Assembly (NCBI GenBank): GCA_043808545.1
Contig: JAZDEU010000020.1
Location: forward strand, 1 to 45,862
DNA from: a bacterium
Lineage (GTDB): Bacteria; Patescibacteriota; Patescibacteriia; JAZDEU01
Direction of reading: 5' to 3'
Length of the DNA: 45,862 nucleotides
Numbering within the stretch: the first letter of the stretch is position 1; every line of letters begins with the position of its first letter. This document shows positions 16,301 through 24,958 of the stretch, in pieces. The position numbers were made by a program, and so were the translations under genes. The notes below the pieces were generated by a model. It worked only from the letters and a program-made list of their open reading frames with translations, searched no databases and was not told the origin of the DNA.

Positions 16301-17968
16301 ATGACTAAAAAATATGTTTTTGTCGTGGGAGGGGTTATGTCGTCGGTTGGCAAAGGTGTTGCAGCGGCCTCAATCGGAAAAATAATTCAATCAAAAGGGT
16401 ACAGTGTGGCGAATATAAAATGCGATATGTATGTAAATATAGACGCAGGCACTATTCGTCCGGCGGAACATGGAGAGGTTTTTGTCGGAGAAGACGGGGT
16501 TGAGGCGGATCAGGATTTAGGTAATTATGAAAGATTCACAGACCAAATTTGCGCTCGCGATAATTATATAACTACTGGGCAAGTTTATCAGGAAGTAATT
16601 AGAAGAGAAAGAAATTTAGAATATGAAGGAGAAGATGTAGAGGTTGTTCCAGATATCCCAAAGGAAATTATAAGAAGGATAAAGTTATGTCAGAAAAAAA
16701 ATAATTCAGAGGTTACTATTGTTGAGCTTGGGGGGACGGTTGGAGAATATCAAGTTTTATTGTTTTTAGAAGCGGCGCGTATGATGAAAATGGAAAAGCC
16801 GAAAGATGTTTATTTTATTTTAGTAAGTTATCTCCCGACCCCGGGTCTTTTAGGCGAACAAAAATCAAAACCGACGCAATATGCGATAAGAACTTTGAAT
16901 TCTGCTGGAATTATGCCAGATTTTATATTGTGCAGGGCGACGAAACCAGTTAGTGATTCAATTAAAAATACTATAAGCACAGTTTGCAGTTTGCCGAAAG
17001 CGCATATTATTTCCGCGCCTGATGTATATTCAATTTATGATATTCCTGTTAATTTTGAAAAAGAAAATTTTGGCGATGTGATTTTAAAAACAATGGGGTT
17101 AAAATCGCAAAAAAAGGATTTGCGCGATTGGACGAATTTTTCAAATAAAATAAAATTAATTAATAAGGAGATCGCGATAGGCATTGTAGGGAAATATTTT
17201 AATTTTAAATCATGCAGAGATACATATATTTCTGTGATTGAATCTATAAATCACGCTTGCTGGCATAATAATATTAAGGCTGAAATTTTATGGCTTGATT
17301 CGGAAAATTACGAAAAAGATAAGAAAAATTTAAAAGAATTAGATAAAGTTGACGGAATTATTGTTCCGGGAGGATTTGGAAAAAGGGGAACTGAAGGCAT
17401 GATTTTAGCGGCGCAGTATGCGATGGATAATAAAATTCCGTATTTTGGATTATGTTTAGGGATGCAAATTTTAAGCATAGCTTTTACTCGTAAAGCTTTG
17501 GGGTTAAAAGACGCTAATTCAACCGAATTAAATCCAGCCACAAAAAATCCTGTTATATCAACAATGGCTGAGCAAAAAAATAATATAGAAAATAAAAATT
17601 ATGGCGGTACGATGAGGCTAGGCGCGTATCCTGCAAAACTTAAAAAAGATTCTTTAAGCTATAAAGCTTACGGTAAAATAGATATTTCAGAGAGGCATCG
17701 CCATAGATATGAGTTTAATAATGTGTATCGCGAAAGACTAGAAAAAAAAGGATTGAAAATAGCTGGAGTTAATCCAGACAGGGATTTAGTTGAAATTGTT
17801 GAAGTTGAAAATCATCCTTGGATGGTTGGAGTTCAGTTTCATCCTGAATTTAAGTCTCGTCCATTAAATCCGCATCCGCTTTTTAGAGAGTTTATTAAAG
17901 CGGCTGTTAAAGAAAAAAAAGGGGGGAATAATTATGAAAAAAAATCTGCAAAAAATAAAAAGATGTAA
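16301..17968 (+). CDS. pyrG: CTP synthase
   Basis: N-terminal VVGGVMSSVGKGVAAASIG; glutaminase domain GLCLGMQ and HRHRYEFN. Confidence 0.9.
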   Translation: MTKKYVFVVGGVMSSVGKGVAAASIGKIIQSKGYSVANIKCDMYVNIDAGTIRPAEHGEVFVGEDGVEADQDLGNYERFTDQICARDNYITTGQVYQEVIRRERNLEYEGEDVEVVPDIPKEIIRRIKLCQKKNNSEVTIVELGGTVGEYQVLLFLEAARMMKMEKPKDVYFILVSYLPTPGLLGEQKSKPTQYAIRTLNSAGIMPDFILCRATKPVSDSIKNTISTVCSLPKAHIISAPDVYSIYDIPVNFEKENFGDVILKTMGLKSQKKDLRDWTNFSNKIKLINKEIAIGIVGKYFNFKSCRDTYISVIESINHACWHNNIKAEILWLDSENYEKDKKNLKELDKVDGIIVPGGFGKRGTEGMILAAQYAMDNKIPYFGLCLGMQILSIAFTRKALGLKDANSTELNPATKNPVISTMAEQKNNIENKNYGGTMRLGAYPAKLKKDSLSYKAYGKIDISERHRHRYEFNNVYRERLEKKGLKIAGVNPDRDLVEIVEVENHPWMVGVQFHPEFKSRPLNPHPLFREFIKAAVKEKKGGNNYEKKSAKNKKM

Positions 17969-18356
17969 TTCTTTTAAACGGCTTGGCAATAATAGAATTG
18001 TTTTGTTGTATCTTTTTGGATCAGTTGCGCGCGGGACGGCGCATAAAGAGAGCGACATTGATATAGGGGTTTTATTTGATAATAAAACTAAGAAAAGCGA
18101 ATATTTGCGTTTAGAAGGCAGGATAATAGAATTTTTTTCTAACTTGTATCATAGCAAGGAAATAAATGTGGTGAATTTTAATATTTCCAGTCCGCTTTTG
18201 AAGCAAGTGGCGATTTTGGAAGGAAAATTATTATACAAACGGAGCGATGAGGATAGAATATTTTTTGAGATTAACATACTAAGGGAATATGAGGAATATT
18301 CCCACTTGTCTAAAATATATAATAAGTTTTTAAATGTAAAATTAAAAGCATTATGA
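17934..18356 (+). CDS. mntA: MNT-type nucleotidyltransferase antitoxin (type VII TA)
   Basis: LFGSVARGTAHKESDIDIGVL (GSX10DXD). It overlaps hepT by 4 nt and pyrG by 35 nt. Confidence 0.75.
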   Translation: MKKNLQKIKRCNSFKRLGNNRIVLLYLFGSVARGTAHKESDIDIGVLFDNKTKKSEYLRLEGRIIEFFSNLYHSKEINVVNFNISSPLLKQVAILEGKLLYKRSDEDRIFFEINILREYEEYSHLSKIYNKFLNVKLKAL

Positions 18357-18775
18357 CAAAAATTATAAAAGAACAATTTGATGATAAAGTTGATAATTTG
18401 GTAAAAATCTATGGAGGATTAAAAAAACTCCAGAGGTTGAAATTAAAAGATTTTAAAGAGAATATAGAAAATGTTTGGGCAGTTGCTTTCGGCGTGGTCG
18501 CTGGGATTGAAGCAATGCTGGATATTAGCCAGTATATCCTTTCTAGCAAAGGAATAAAGGCGGAAAGTTATGGAAGTATTCCTGAAAAATTATTGGAAGC
18601 AAAAGTTATAAATAAGGTATTTTCAACGAAAATGCGCGATATGATTGGCTTTAGAAATCGCGCTATTCACAATTATCCTTCTTTAGATGAAACATTACTG
18701 TATAAGGTTTTGCAAAATGATGTTGAGGATTTTAAGAAATTTTTGAAGATTGCGGAGAAATATAGGGATATGTGA
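18353..18775 (+). CDS. hepT: HEPN-domain toxin HepT (DUF86)
   Basis: RNRAIHNY matches the RX4HXY HEPN motif. 140 aa, translationally coupled to mntA. Confidence 0.75.
   Translation: MTKIIKEQFDDKVDNLVKIYGGLKKLQRLKLKDFKENIENVWAVAFGVVAGIEAMLDISQYILSSKGIKAESYGSIPEKLLEAKVINKVFSTKMRDMIGFRNRAIHNYPSLDETLLYKVLQNDVEDFKKFLKIAEKYRDM
18725..18763 (+). repeat. 39-bp direct repeat, copy 1 (native hepT 3' end)
   Basis: GAGGATTTTAAGAAATTTTTGAAGATTGCGGAGAAATAT, identical to 21170-21208. Confidence 0.95.
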
Positions 18776-18835
18776 TATAATTATTTTTTATTTTAAATAT
18801 GTATTTATAATGAAGAAATTAAACAAATTCAATCT

Positions 18836-19795
18836 ATGCTAAAACAAATTCAACTAAAACTTTCTAAAATTAAATACACAGGAGATTCCGTCGGGGATGA
18901 TATACAGATTGAAATAGAAGCCTTGGATAAATTTTTAGGTTCAAACAAAAAATTAAAACGCGGGACAGAAAGAGAGCTTGACGAAGCTGTCGGAATATTT
19001 TTTGTCGATGGCGCGTCCTTCACATTGCCGGTAAATATTAAAATCATTGAGCGTGATTTGATTTTTAACGATGCTGGGAGCAAAAAAGTGAATTTAAAAG
19101 TTGATTTAAAAAGCGATTCTCCGCAAAGCAGTGTTTACAAAATTGAAGTTCAAGAACTGCGGAATTTTATTAACAAAAAGAAGGCTGTTTTTGAGGTGAC
19201 GGTGGAGGCGGTGGTGTCAAATGCGATTGTGTATGTTCATCGCGGTGGCACAGACAACTGGCTCAATGCTTCACCTGACAATTCCAAAGAAATAATCAAT
19301 TTACCATTATATTTAAAAGTGCAATTAGAGCGAACTGAAAATAAGCGGCAATATTTTAAAATTATGGAGGGCGTGTTACTGGGCGTTAGAGCTTCGGTAA
19401 AACTTGATAATGACGGAACATCATATTTCGGAAACGAAAATTCGCATACAGCGCCTGTGTCTATCACTTATTCCATATCCAAGAAAACTGCGCGGTTTAG
19501 AAATAAAGTTTATAAGACGATAGATTATCCAGACAGTCCATGGGAAAAAGGATTTTATGACATAGAAATTCCAGATCATTCTCATGAAGGCGGACATCAT
19601 TACCCAGAATCAAAGTTAGCCACAGTATGGTTTAGAATTGGTCACGATGGCAAGCGTTATTTTCATCCAGGAAAGTATTCGCTCGGATGCATGACTCTTA
19701 CAGAAATTCACCGTTGGGATGAATTATGCGCAATTTTAATAAAAGCGCGCAAGGGCGATGGCAGGAGTATTGGTACTTTAGAGGTGATTGATTAA
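18836..19795 (+). CDS. hypothetical protein with an L,D-transpeptidase-fold / Tlde1(DUF2778)-like C-terminal domain
   Basis: No signal peptide. The C-terminus GFYDIEIP...VWFRIGHDGKRYFHPGKYSLGCMTLTE...LCAIL...GTLEV resembles the His...SxGC catalytic core and the trailing pattern of Tlde1-type domains. By-eye call. Confidence 0.4.
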   Translation: MLKQIQLKLSKIKYTGDSVGDDIQIEIEALDKFLGSNKKLKRGTERELDEAVGIFFVDGASFTLPVNIKIIERDLIFNDAGSKKVNLKVDLKSDSPQSSVYKIEVQELRNFINKKKAVFEVTVEAVVSNAIVYVHRGGTDNWLNASPDNSKEIINLPLYLKVQLERTENKRQYFKIMEGVLLGVRASVKLDNDGTSYFGNENSHTAPVSITYSISKKTARFRNKVYKTIDYPDSPWEKGFYDIEIPDHSHEGGHHYPESKLATVWFRIGHDGKRYFHPGKYSLGCMTLTEIHRWDELCAILIKARKGDGRSIGTLEVID

Positions 19796-19819
19796 ATTAT
19801 TAAAAAATCAAAAATATTT

Positions 19820-21154
19820 ATGAATGAAATTTATAAGCTAATAGATTGGTTATTTGAATTTTATAAAAATAAAATAATTTTTTCTCGACAAATTACTTGT
19901 AGTCTTAGTAAAGAAAAATATGATGTGCGAGTTGAAAATAATAGAATTGTCCCATATTGTCCATATATTAGAGAAGGAGATAAATGTGAAGTGCCTATCA
20001 CAAGCGCCGATGGCGTGGATAAACAAAATAAGAAGAGAACATTACGAGGTAATAAGGGAAAATGCTATATTGCTAATAAAAAACATTATGGCGCTATTTG
20101 TTTTTTGTTAATAATATTATTTTTTGTAATTTTTTTATTATTTCTTGTGTTTATTAAAGAGCGAAAAGTTAAAAGTCCACAAGGTGATTCCGCCCATAAG
20201 GTTATTGGCAAAAGCGAAGAAATCATTCAAGGAGTTAGCTACTTCAATCGTCAAACAGAACCATTAAAACTTGGACAGCTTAAAATAGGCGGGGAAATGC
20301 CTGGCGGACCTGGCGATACTACATTCGCCCCCTACATGAAAATACCAATATCAAAATTTTATGTAAGCGTTATGGAACCGAATAGTTGGTGCATAAACGA
20401 GGATTGCAATCTTGATGGAGCATTTATTCAAACAATGGGAGGATGGCTTGAAGTAAACCATACTGGAGATCCGACTTTAGATGAATTTTATGGACTTGAT
20501 TTACCCGAAAATAAAAACATAAAATCACTTGTTTTAATAGGCGATAGGGACGGGAAAATCGTGGGAATTTATCCTAGCAGGGGATTAGATGATGTTATTC
20601 CTATTCTAAAACTGCATCCTGATTTGGCGGATTTTAATCTTTTGAAAGGGGTTGACGAATTTGGCTCGTTCAAAATCGGGGAACTCGCGCCATTAAAGCC
20701 TGGCGATTCTATTATTCATCTATCAGATAAATTGGTTAAATTTTCACCAAATATTCCAAAAGATAAAAAGTTTTACCTATATGCTTTGCAAAAAAGAAAA
20801 TATAAAGAAGTTGGAATGTATAATGGAATGTATGAAGCTTATGAAAATAAGTATATATGCTCGCTATCTGGTTGCCGATACCCAGAGCCAGATCCGCCAC
20901 ATGATTTTTTATATGCTGATATAGATGAACTTGGCGGTTGGTTTTTGAGCAATGATCAGAGTAATTCGGAAATGGTTAAATTATTTGGTCTTGACCAAGA
21001 AGAAGTGCTGGCAGGAAAATCCTCATTGGTTATTTTAACGGATTCAAAAGGCGTGATCCGAGCTATCCATCCGAATAAGACGATGAGCGATGCTTTAACA
21101 ATTTTAAGCCAGCATCCTGATTTGGCGGATGTTGTGGGATGGTATGGAAGATAA
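19820..21154 (+). CDS. single-pass membrane protein with two tandem homologous extracytoplasmic domains (thioredoxin-fold-like, Cx4C, HPDLAD)
   Basis: TM helix AICFLLIILFFVIFLLFLVFI. Repeat 1 (~aa 150-275) and repeat 2 (~aa 285-440) share KxGxL, KFY, Cx4C, GGW, (Y/F)GLD, SLV..D..G.I..I.P and HPDLAD. Confidence 0.4.
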   Translation: MNEIYKLIDWLFEFYKNKIIFSRQITCSLSKEKYDVRVENNRIVPYCPYIREGDKCEVPITSADGVDKQNKKRTLRGNKGKCYIANKKHYGAICFLLIILFFVIFLLFLVFIKERKVKSPQGDSAHKVIGKSEEIIQGVSYFNRQTEPLKLGQLKIGGEMPGGPGDTTFAPYMKIPISKFYVSVMEPNSWCINEDCNLDGAFIQTMGGWLEVNHTGDPTLDEFYGLDLPENKNIKSLVLIGDRDGKIVGIYPSRGLDDVIPILKLHPDLADFNLLKGVDEFGSFKIGELAPLKPGDSIIHLSDKLVKFSPNIPKDKKFYLYALQKRKYKEVGMYNGMYEAYENKYICSLSGCRYPEPDPPHDFLYADIDELGGWFLSNDQSNSEMVKLFGLDQEEVLAGKSSLVILTDSKGVIRAIHPNKTMSDALTILSQHPDLADVVGWYGR

Positions 21155-21169
21155 AATGACAGTAATGGC

Positions 21170-21208
21170 GAGGATTTTAAGAAATTTTTGAAGATTGCGG
21201 AGAAATAT
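21170..21208 (+). repeat. 39-bp direct repeat, copy 2 (hepT 3'-end remnant reading EDFKKFLKIAEKYEI*)
   Basis: Base-for-base identical to 18725-18763. Its end overlaps the ATG at 21207 of the next gene. Confidence 0.95.
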
Positions 21209-21587
21209 GAAATTTAAAATGCCTTTTATGATTTATCTTATCGGCGGTCCGCCGAGATGCGGAAAAACAACTTTAGCGAAAGAGATGTCTAAGAAGCTAA
21301 AAATTCCGTGGATTTCCTCGGATGCTTTGGAAGTGGTGAGCAGGGAGTATGTAAGCAAAGAGAAACGGATAAAATTATATCCTTATTCTTTTTTACGAAA
21401 AAAAGGTGTTAATAGAAATAATGATGAATTTTATAGTAAATACTCCGCGCGAGAAATTATAAATGTTTTAAAAAAGCAAGCAAAAACAAGTTTTAGAGCT
21501 ATTGATATGATGATTGCGAATGAGATTGATAATGGCAATGATTATATAATTGAAGGTTATCATATATTGCCAAGTTTGCGGAGCTGA
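21207..21587 (+). CDS. P-loop NTPase / kinase-like protein, apparently 3'-truncated
   Basis: Walker A GGPPRCGKTTLA; it ends at IIEGYHILPSLRS*, where related ~190-aa kinases continue. The track's TTG at 21195 lies inside the repeat, so the ATG at 21207 is preferred. Confidence 0.4.
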   Translation: MKFKMPFMIYLIGGPPRCGKTTLAKEMSKKLKIPWISSDALEVVSREYVSKEKRIKLYPYSFLRKKGVNRNNDEFYSKYSAREIINVLKKQAKTSFRAIDMMIANEIDNGNDYIIEGYHILPSLRS

Positions 21588-21658
21588 AAGTATATGAAGA
21601 AACTTGCAGGGAAAGTATGAAAAAAGTTACGGGATAAATTTATAAAAAATATTGCAGT

Positions 21659-22339
21659 ATGATTATTTTAAAAAATATATCAAAAATATATAATCCTAAT
21701 ATAACAGCCGTGAATTCGGTTAATTTGCATATAAGACCAAAAGAATTTGTTTCTATTGTAGGCCAATCTGGTACTGGAAAAACAACTCTTTTAAAGATGA
21801 TGATTGCGGAGGAGCGGCCGAGCAAGGGAAAAGTTATTGTCGGCGGATGGGATATAACAGATATAAAAAATAAAGAAATACCTGTATTACGCCGTCAGAT
21901 TGGCGTGGTTTTTCAAGATTTTAAATTACTTCAGTATAAGACAGTTTATGAAAATATAGCTTTTGCTATGCAAGTTTGCGGAACTCCTGCAAGCAAGATA
22001 AAATCAGTTTTGCCGCAAGTATTAAAAATCGTGGGTTTGAAAGAAAAATACAACCGCTATCCGCATCAAATTTCCGGCGGAGAACAGCAGAGAGTCGCAA
22101 TCGCGCGTTCGCTTGTGCATAAGCCGAAGATTTTAATAGCTGACGAACCTACTGGAAACTTAGATTCAATAAATAGCAGGGAAATAATTGATTTATTAAA
22201 AAAGATAAACGATTATGGAACCACTGTTATTTTAGTAACGCATAATAGGGAAGTCGTTAATCTTTTAAAACGGCGGGTTATAACAATGGATCAAGGGATG
22301 ATTATTTCAGATCAAGAACAAGGGAAATATATATTATAG
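21659..22339 (+). CDS. ftsE: cell-division ABC ATPase FtsE
   Basis: GQSGTGKTTLLK, LSGGEQQRVAIARS and ILIADEPTGNLD motifs. 226 aa, followed by ftsX. Confidence 0.85.
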   Translation: MIILKNISKIYNPNITAVNSVNLHIRPKEFVSIVGQSGTGKTTLLKMMIAEERPSKGKVIVGGWDITDIKNKEIPVLRRQIGVVFQDFKLLQYKTVYENIAFAMQVCGTPASKIKSVLPQVLKIVGLKEKYNRYPHQISGGEQQRVAIARSLVHKPKILIADEPTGNLDSINSREIIDLLKKINDYGTTVILVTHNREVVNLLKRRVITMDQGMIISDQEQGKYIL

Positions 22340-22340
22340 T

Positions 22341-22369
22341 GTAGGGTGCGTATTGCAATACGCCCGTAC
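22341..22369. repeat. imperfect palindrome GTAGGGTGCGTATTGCAATACGCCCGTAC between ftsE and ftsX
   Basis: 16-bp perfect core GCGTATTGCAATACGC, with the same TTGCAA centre as the folA palindrome; bulged outer arms. Confidence 0.75.
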
Positions 22370-22398
22370 CATAAAGTTATAAAATAACATTTTAATTT

Positions 22399-23316
22399 AT
22401 GCTTATCGCTACATATAGAGTTATAAAATTCGCTTTTCAAAATTTTTGGAGAAATATCTGGCTTTCTTTGGTTACTATAGTAATTTTAACCTTAACTTTT
22501 TGCACAATAAGTTTTTTGCTTATTTTTAATGTTGTCGCAAGGCAATCTATAAATTTAATACAGGATAAAATTGATATAAGCGTTTATTTTAAGCCGGAAC
22601 TTTCTGAAGATGTAGTCACTCAAAGCCAATTCAAGCTTTTAAGCCTTCCTTGGACAAGAAATATAAAATATATTTCCCGAGAACAATCTTTAGAAAATTT
22701 TAGAGTAAAACATTATGATAATCCGAAGCTTTTGAATATAATTGACAGCCTAGAAGAAAATCCTCTAGGCGGAATGTTAATAGTTACCGCGAAAAGCGTT
22801 GAAGGGTATGGAAAAATAATAGATGTTCTTAACAGCGATGAATTTAAAGACAAAATTCAAAACACGGAAACTGATTTTAATGATTATAAAAAAGCGATAG
22901 ATAGGATTATTTTAATAACTGATAAAGTTGAAAAAGTAGGAATAACCGCAAGCATTATTTTTGCGCTTATTACGATTTTAATAATTTTTTATACTATTAA
23001 AATCGCGATTTATACGCATAAAGACGAGATTGTTATAATGAAACTTGTAGGAGCTGGCAATTTTTTTGTGAAGGCGCCTTTTTTAATAGAAAGTGTTTTT
23101 TATGCAATATTCGCTTGTTTTTTTGCAATTTTAATTTTATATCCAATATTAAAATTTACTAATCCGCATTTAGAATTTTTTGTAGGAACTGAGTTTAGCC
23201 TTTTAGATTATTTAAAGAGTAATGCCTTTGCAATTATAGGATGGCAATTATTAGGAGCGATTATTTTAAATTTAATTGCTTCCAGCGCCGCGCTTGGGAA
23301 GTATTTGCGGGCGTAG
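22399..23316 (+). CDS. ftsX: cell-division permease FtsX
   Basis: TM1, a large extracytoplasmic loop, then three C-terminal TM helices. 305 aa, immediately downstream of ftsE. Confidence 0.8.
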   Translation: MLIATYRVIKFAFQNFWRNIWLSLVTIVILTLTFCTISFLLIFNVVARQSINLIQDKIDISVYFKPELSEDVVTQSQFKLLSLPWTRNIKYISREQSLENFRVKHYDNPKLLNIIDSLEENPLGGMLIVTAKSVEGYGKIIDVLNSDEFKDKIQNTETDFNDYKKAIDRIILITDKVEKVGITASIIFALITILIIFYTIKIAIYTHKDEIVIMKLVGAGNFFVKAPFLIESVFYAIFACFFAILILYPILKFTNPHLEFFVGTEFSLLDYLKSNAFAIIGWQLLGAIILNLIASSAALGKYLRA

Positions 23317-23365
23317 ATATTTATAAGTTCTCGCGCAGGAATTGAAATATTTTTTCCGCCACAGT

Positions 23366-23438
23366 CTCCGTTAGGGACTGCGGCGTTTCCTCGCACTCGT
23401 TGCAGTCCCCTTTGGGAGACTGCAACGGAGAATTTGAA
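23366..23438. repeat. nested GC-rich hairpin after ftsX (CAGTCTCC..GGGACTGC - loop - GCAGTCCC..GGAGACTG)
   Basis: Read directly: two 8-bp stems stacked around small internal loops. Possible terminator. The track's minus-strand ORFs here are repeat translations. Confidence 0.6.
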
Positions 23439-23477
23439 ATTTCATTAGAAATTAGGTGAATTAGAAATTTTAAAATT

Positions 23478-24362
23478 ATGTTATTTAATATTTTATTATC
23501 TTTATTATTTAAAATTAACAATATAACTTTAAAGAATTTTGATAGCGCCCAAAATTTTAGAGTGGAGCGATCAGAGGTTAAAAATATTGGTGTAAAAATT
23601 GATGCAAAAAGCGGAATAGTAATAGACGCGGATAATGGAGATATGATATTTGCGAAAAATGAAAATGAAGTATTGCCGATTGCGAGTATTTCAAAACTAA
23701 TAAGCGCATTAGTTTTTTTAGATTATAATCATGGATGGGATGAGAAAATAAAAATTATCGCGGATGATTATAGGATTGGAGGAAAACTTTATGTGGCTTC
23801 CGGAGAAGTTGTCACTGTCCGAGATTTATTCTATACGAGTTTGGTGGGATCTGCTAATAACACGACTGTTGCGCTCGCGCGTTCAACTGGTATGACTTTA
23901 GAAGAATTTACTGGTAAAATGAATGAAAAGGCAAAAGAACTTGGAATGGACAACGCATATTTTGAAGAGCCGACAGGATTAAGCGAAAAGAATGTTGCGA
24001 CTGCAAAAGAAGTCGCAATCTTAGCGCAAGCGGCATACAGCAACGAATATATAAAAAAAGCGCTTCAAACCGATGAACACATTTTTTATACAGTGGACAA
24101 GAAACGAATTCATAAAATAAAAAATACGGATAAGTTGCTTGGCAGTTTTTTGAATGAGAACGGTTATGAAATTGTCGGCGCAAAAACAGGATATACGGAA
24201 GAGGCGATGTATTGTCTCGCGCTAGGCGTGGAAAATGGATATGGACAGAGTGTCATTTCCGTGATTTTAGGAGCTGATACGGAAGCAAATCGTTTTCAAG
24301 AAGCAAAAAGTTTAGCGTGGTGGGGGCTCACTCAAGAAAACAAAAAAACAATAAAACAATAA
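23478..24362 (+). CDS. D-alanyl-D-alanine carboxypeptidase (peptidase S11)
   Basis: ASISK, SANN and KTGY motifs. Paralog of the C-terminal half of 14244-16205. Confidence 0.8.
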   Translation: MLFNILLSLLFKINNITLKNFDSAQNFRVERSEVKNIGVKIDAKSGIVIDADNGDMIFAKNENEVLPIASISKLISALVFLDYNHGWDEKIKIIADDYRIGGKLYVASGEVVTVRDLFYTSLVGSANNTTVALARSTGMTLEEFTGKMNEKAKELGMDNAYFEEPTGLSEKNVATAKEVAILAQAAYSNEYIKKALQTDEHIFYTVDKKRIHKIKNTDKLLGSFLNENGYEIVGAKTGYTEEAMYCLALGVENGYGQSVISVILGADTEANRFQEAKSLAWWGLTQENKKTIKQ

Positions 24363-24410
24363 AACAAAGAATTGTTTTATTGTTCTTGTGTTTTAATGTT
24401 TTATTGAAGA

Positions 24411-24917
24411 ATGTTTAATATAAACTACATCCAACTTTTTAAAAGCATCCCGCCGCAGATTGCGACAATGATTATTGCGATGTTGCCGATTGCGGAATTG
24501 CGCGTTTCTATTCCTGTTGCTTTAGCCGGATATAAATTATCTCTTGCGTCCGCGTTTTTTTGGTCTGTTTTAGGAAATATAATTCCAGCGCTTATTATTT
24601 TAAAATATATTGGTCCGATTTCGGAATGGTTAAGAAAAAAGTCAGCTGGATTTAATAAATTTTTTACATGGTGGTTTAAACGGACAGAAAGTAAATTTCA
24701 CGATAGTTTCTTAAAATACGGATCCGTCGCGTTAATTATTTTTGTGGCGATACCTTTGCCGATGACTGGAGCATGGTCTGGAGCGCTCGCCGCATTTTTA
24801 TTTAATATCCCGCCTCAAAAAGCATTTTGGCTAATAACATCTGGAGTTATACTGACCGGTATAATAATTACTATTGCAACTAAGTTGGGGATATTTGGAT
24901 TTGGGATGATGCGGTAG
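24411..24917 (+). CDS. small multidrug-export-like membrane protein (COG2426 / Sm_multidrug_ex-like)
   Basis: LPIAELRVSIPVAL motif, four to five TM helices, 168 aa. Confidence 0.5.
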   Translation: MFNINYIQLFKSIPPQIATMIIAMLPIAELRVSIPVALAGYKLSLASAFFWSVLGNIIPALIILKYIGPISEWLRKKSAGFNKFFTWWFKRTESKFHDSFLKYGSVALIIFVAIPLPMTGAWSGALAAFLFNIPPQKAFWLITSGVILTGIIITIATKLGIFGFGMMR

Positions 24918-24958
24918 CGGGGGTATTGTTTTTTATAAAAATATGATATTATATAAAT

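Noticed and set aside
23208-23521. Two minus-strand ORFs (62 and 66 aa) after ftsX
   Set aside because: They translate the nested GC hairpin (…LQSPKGDCNECEETPQSLTE…) and the AT word repeats, and they overlap the ftsX 3' end and the next gene's start.
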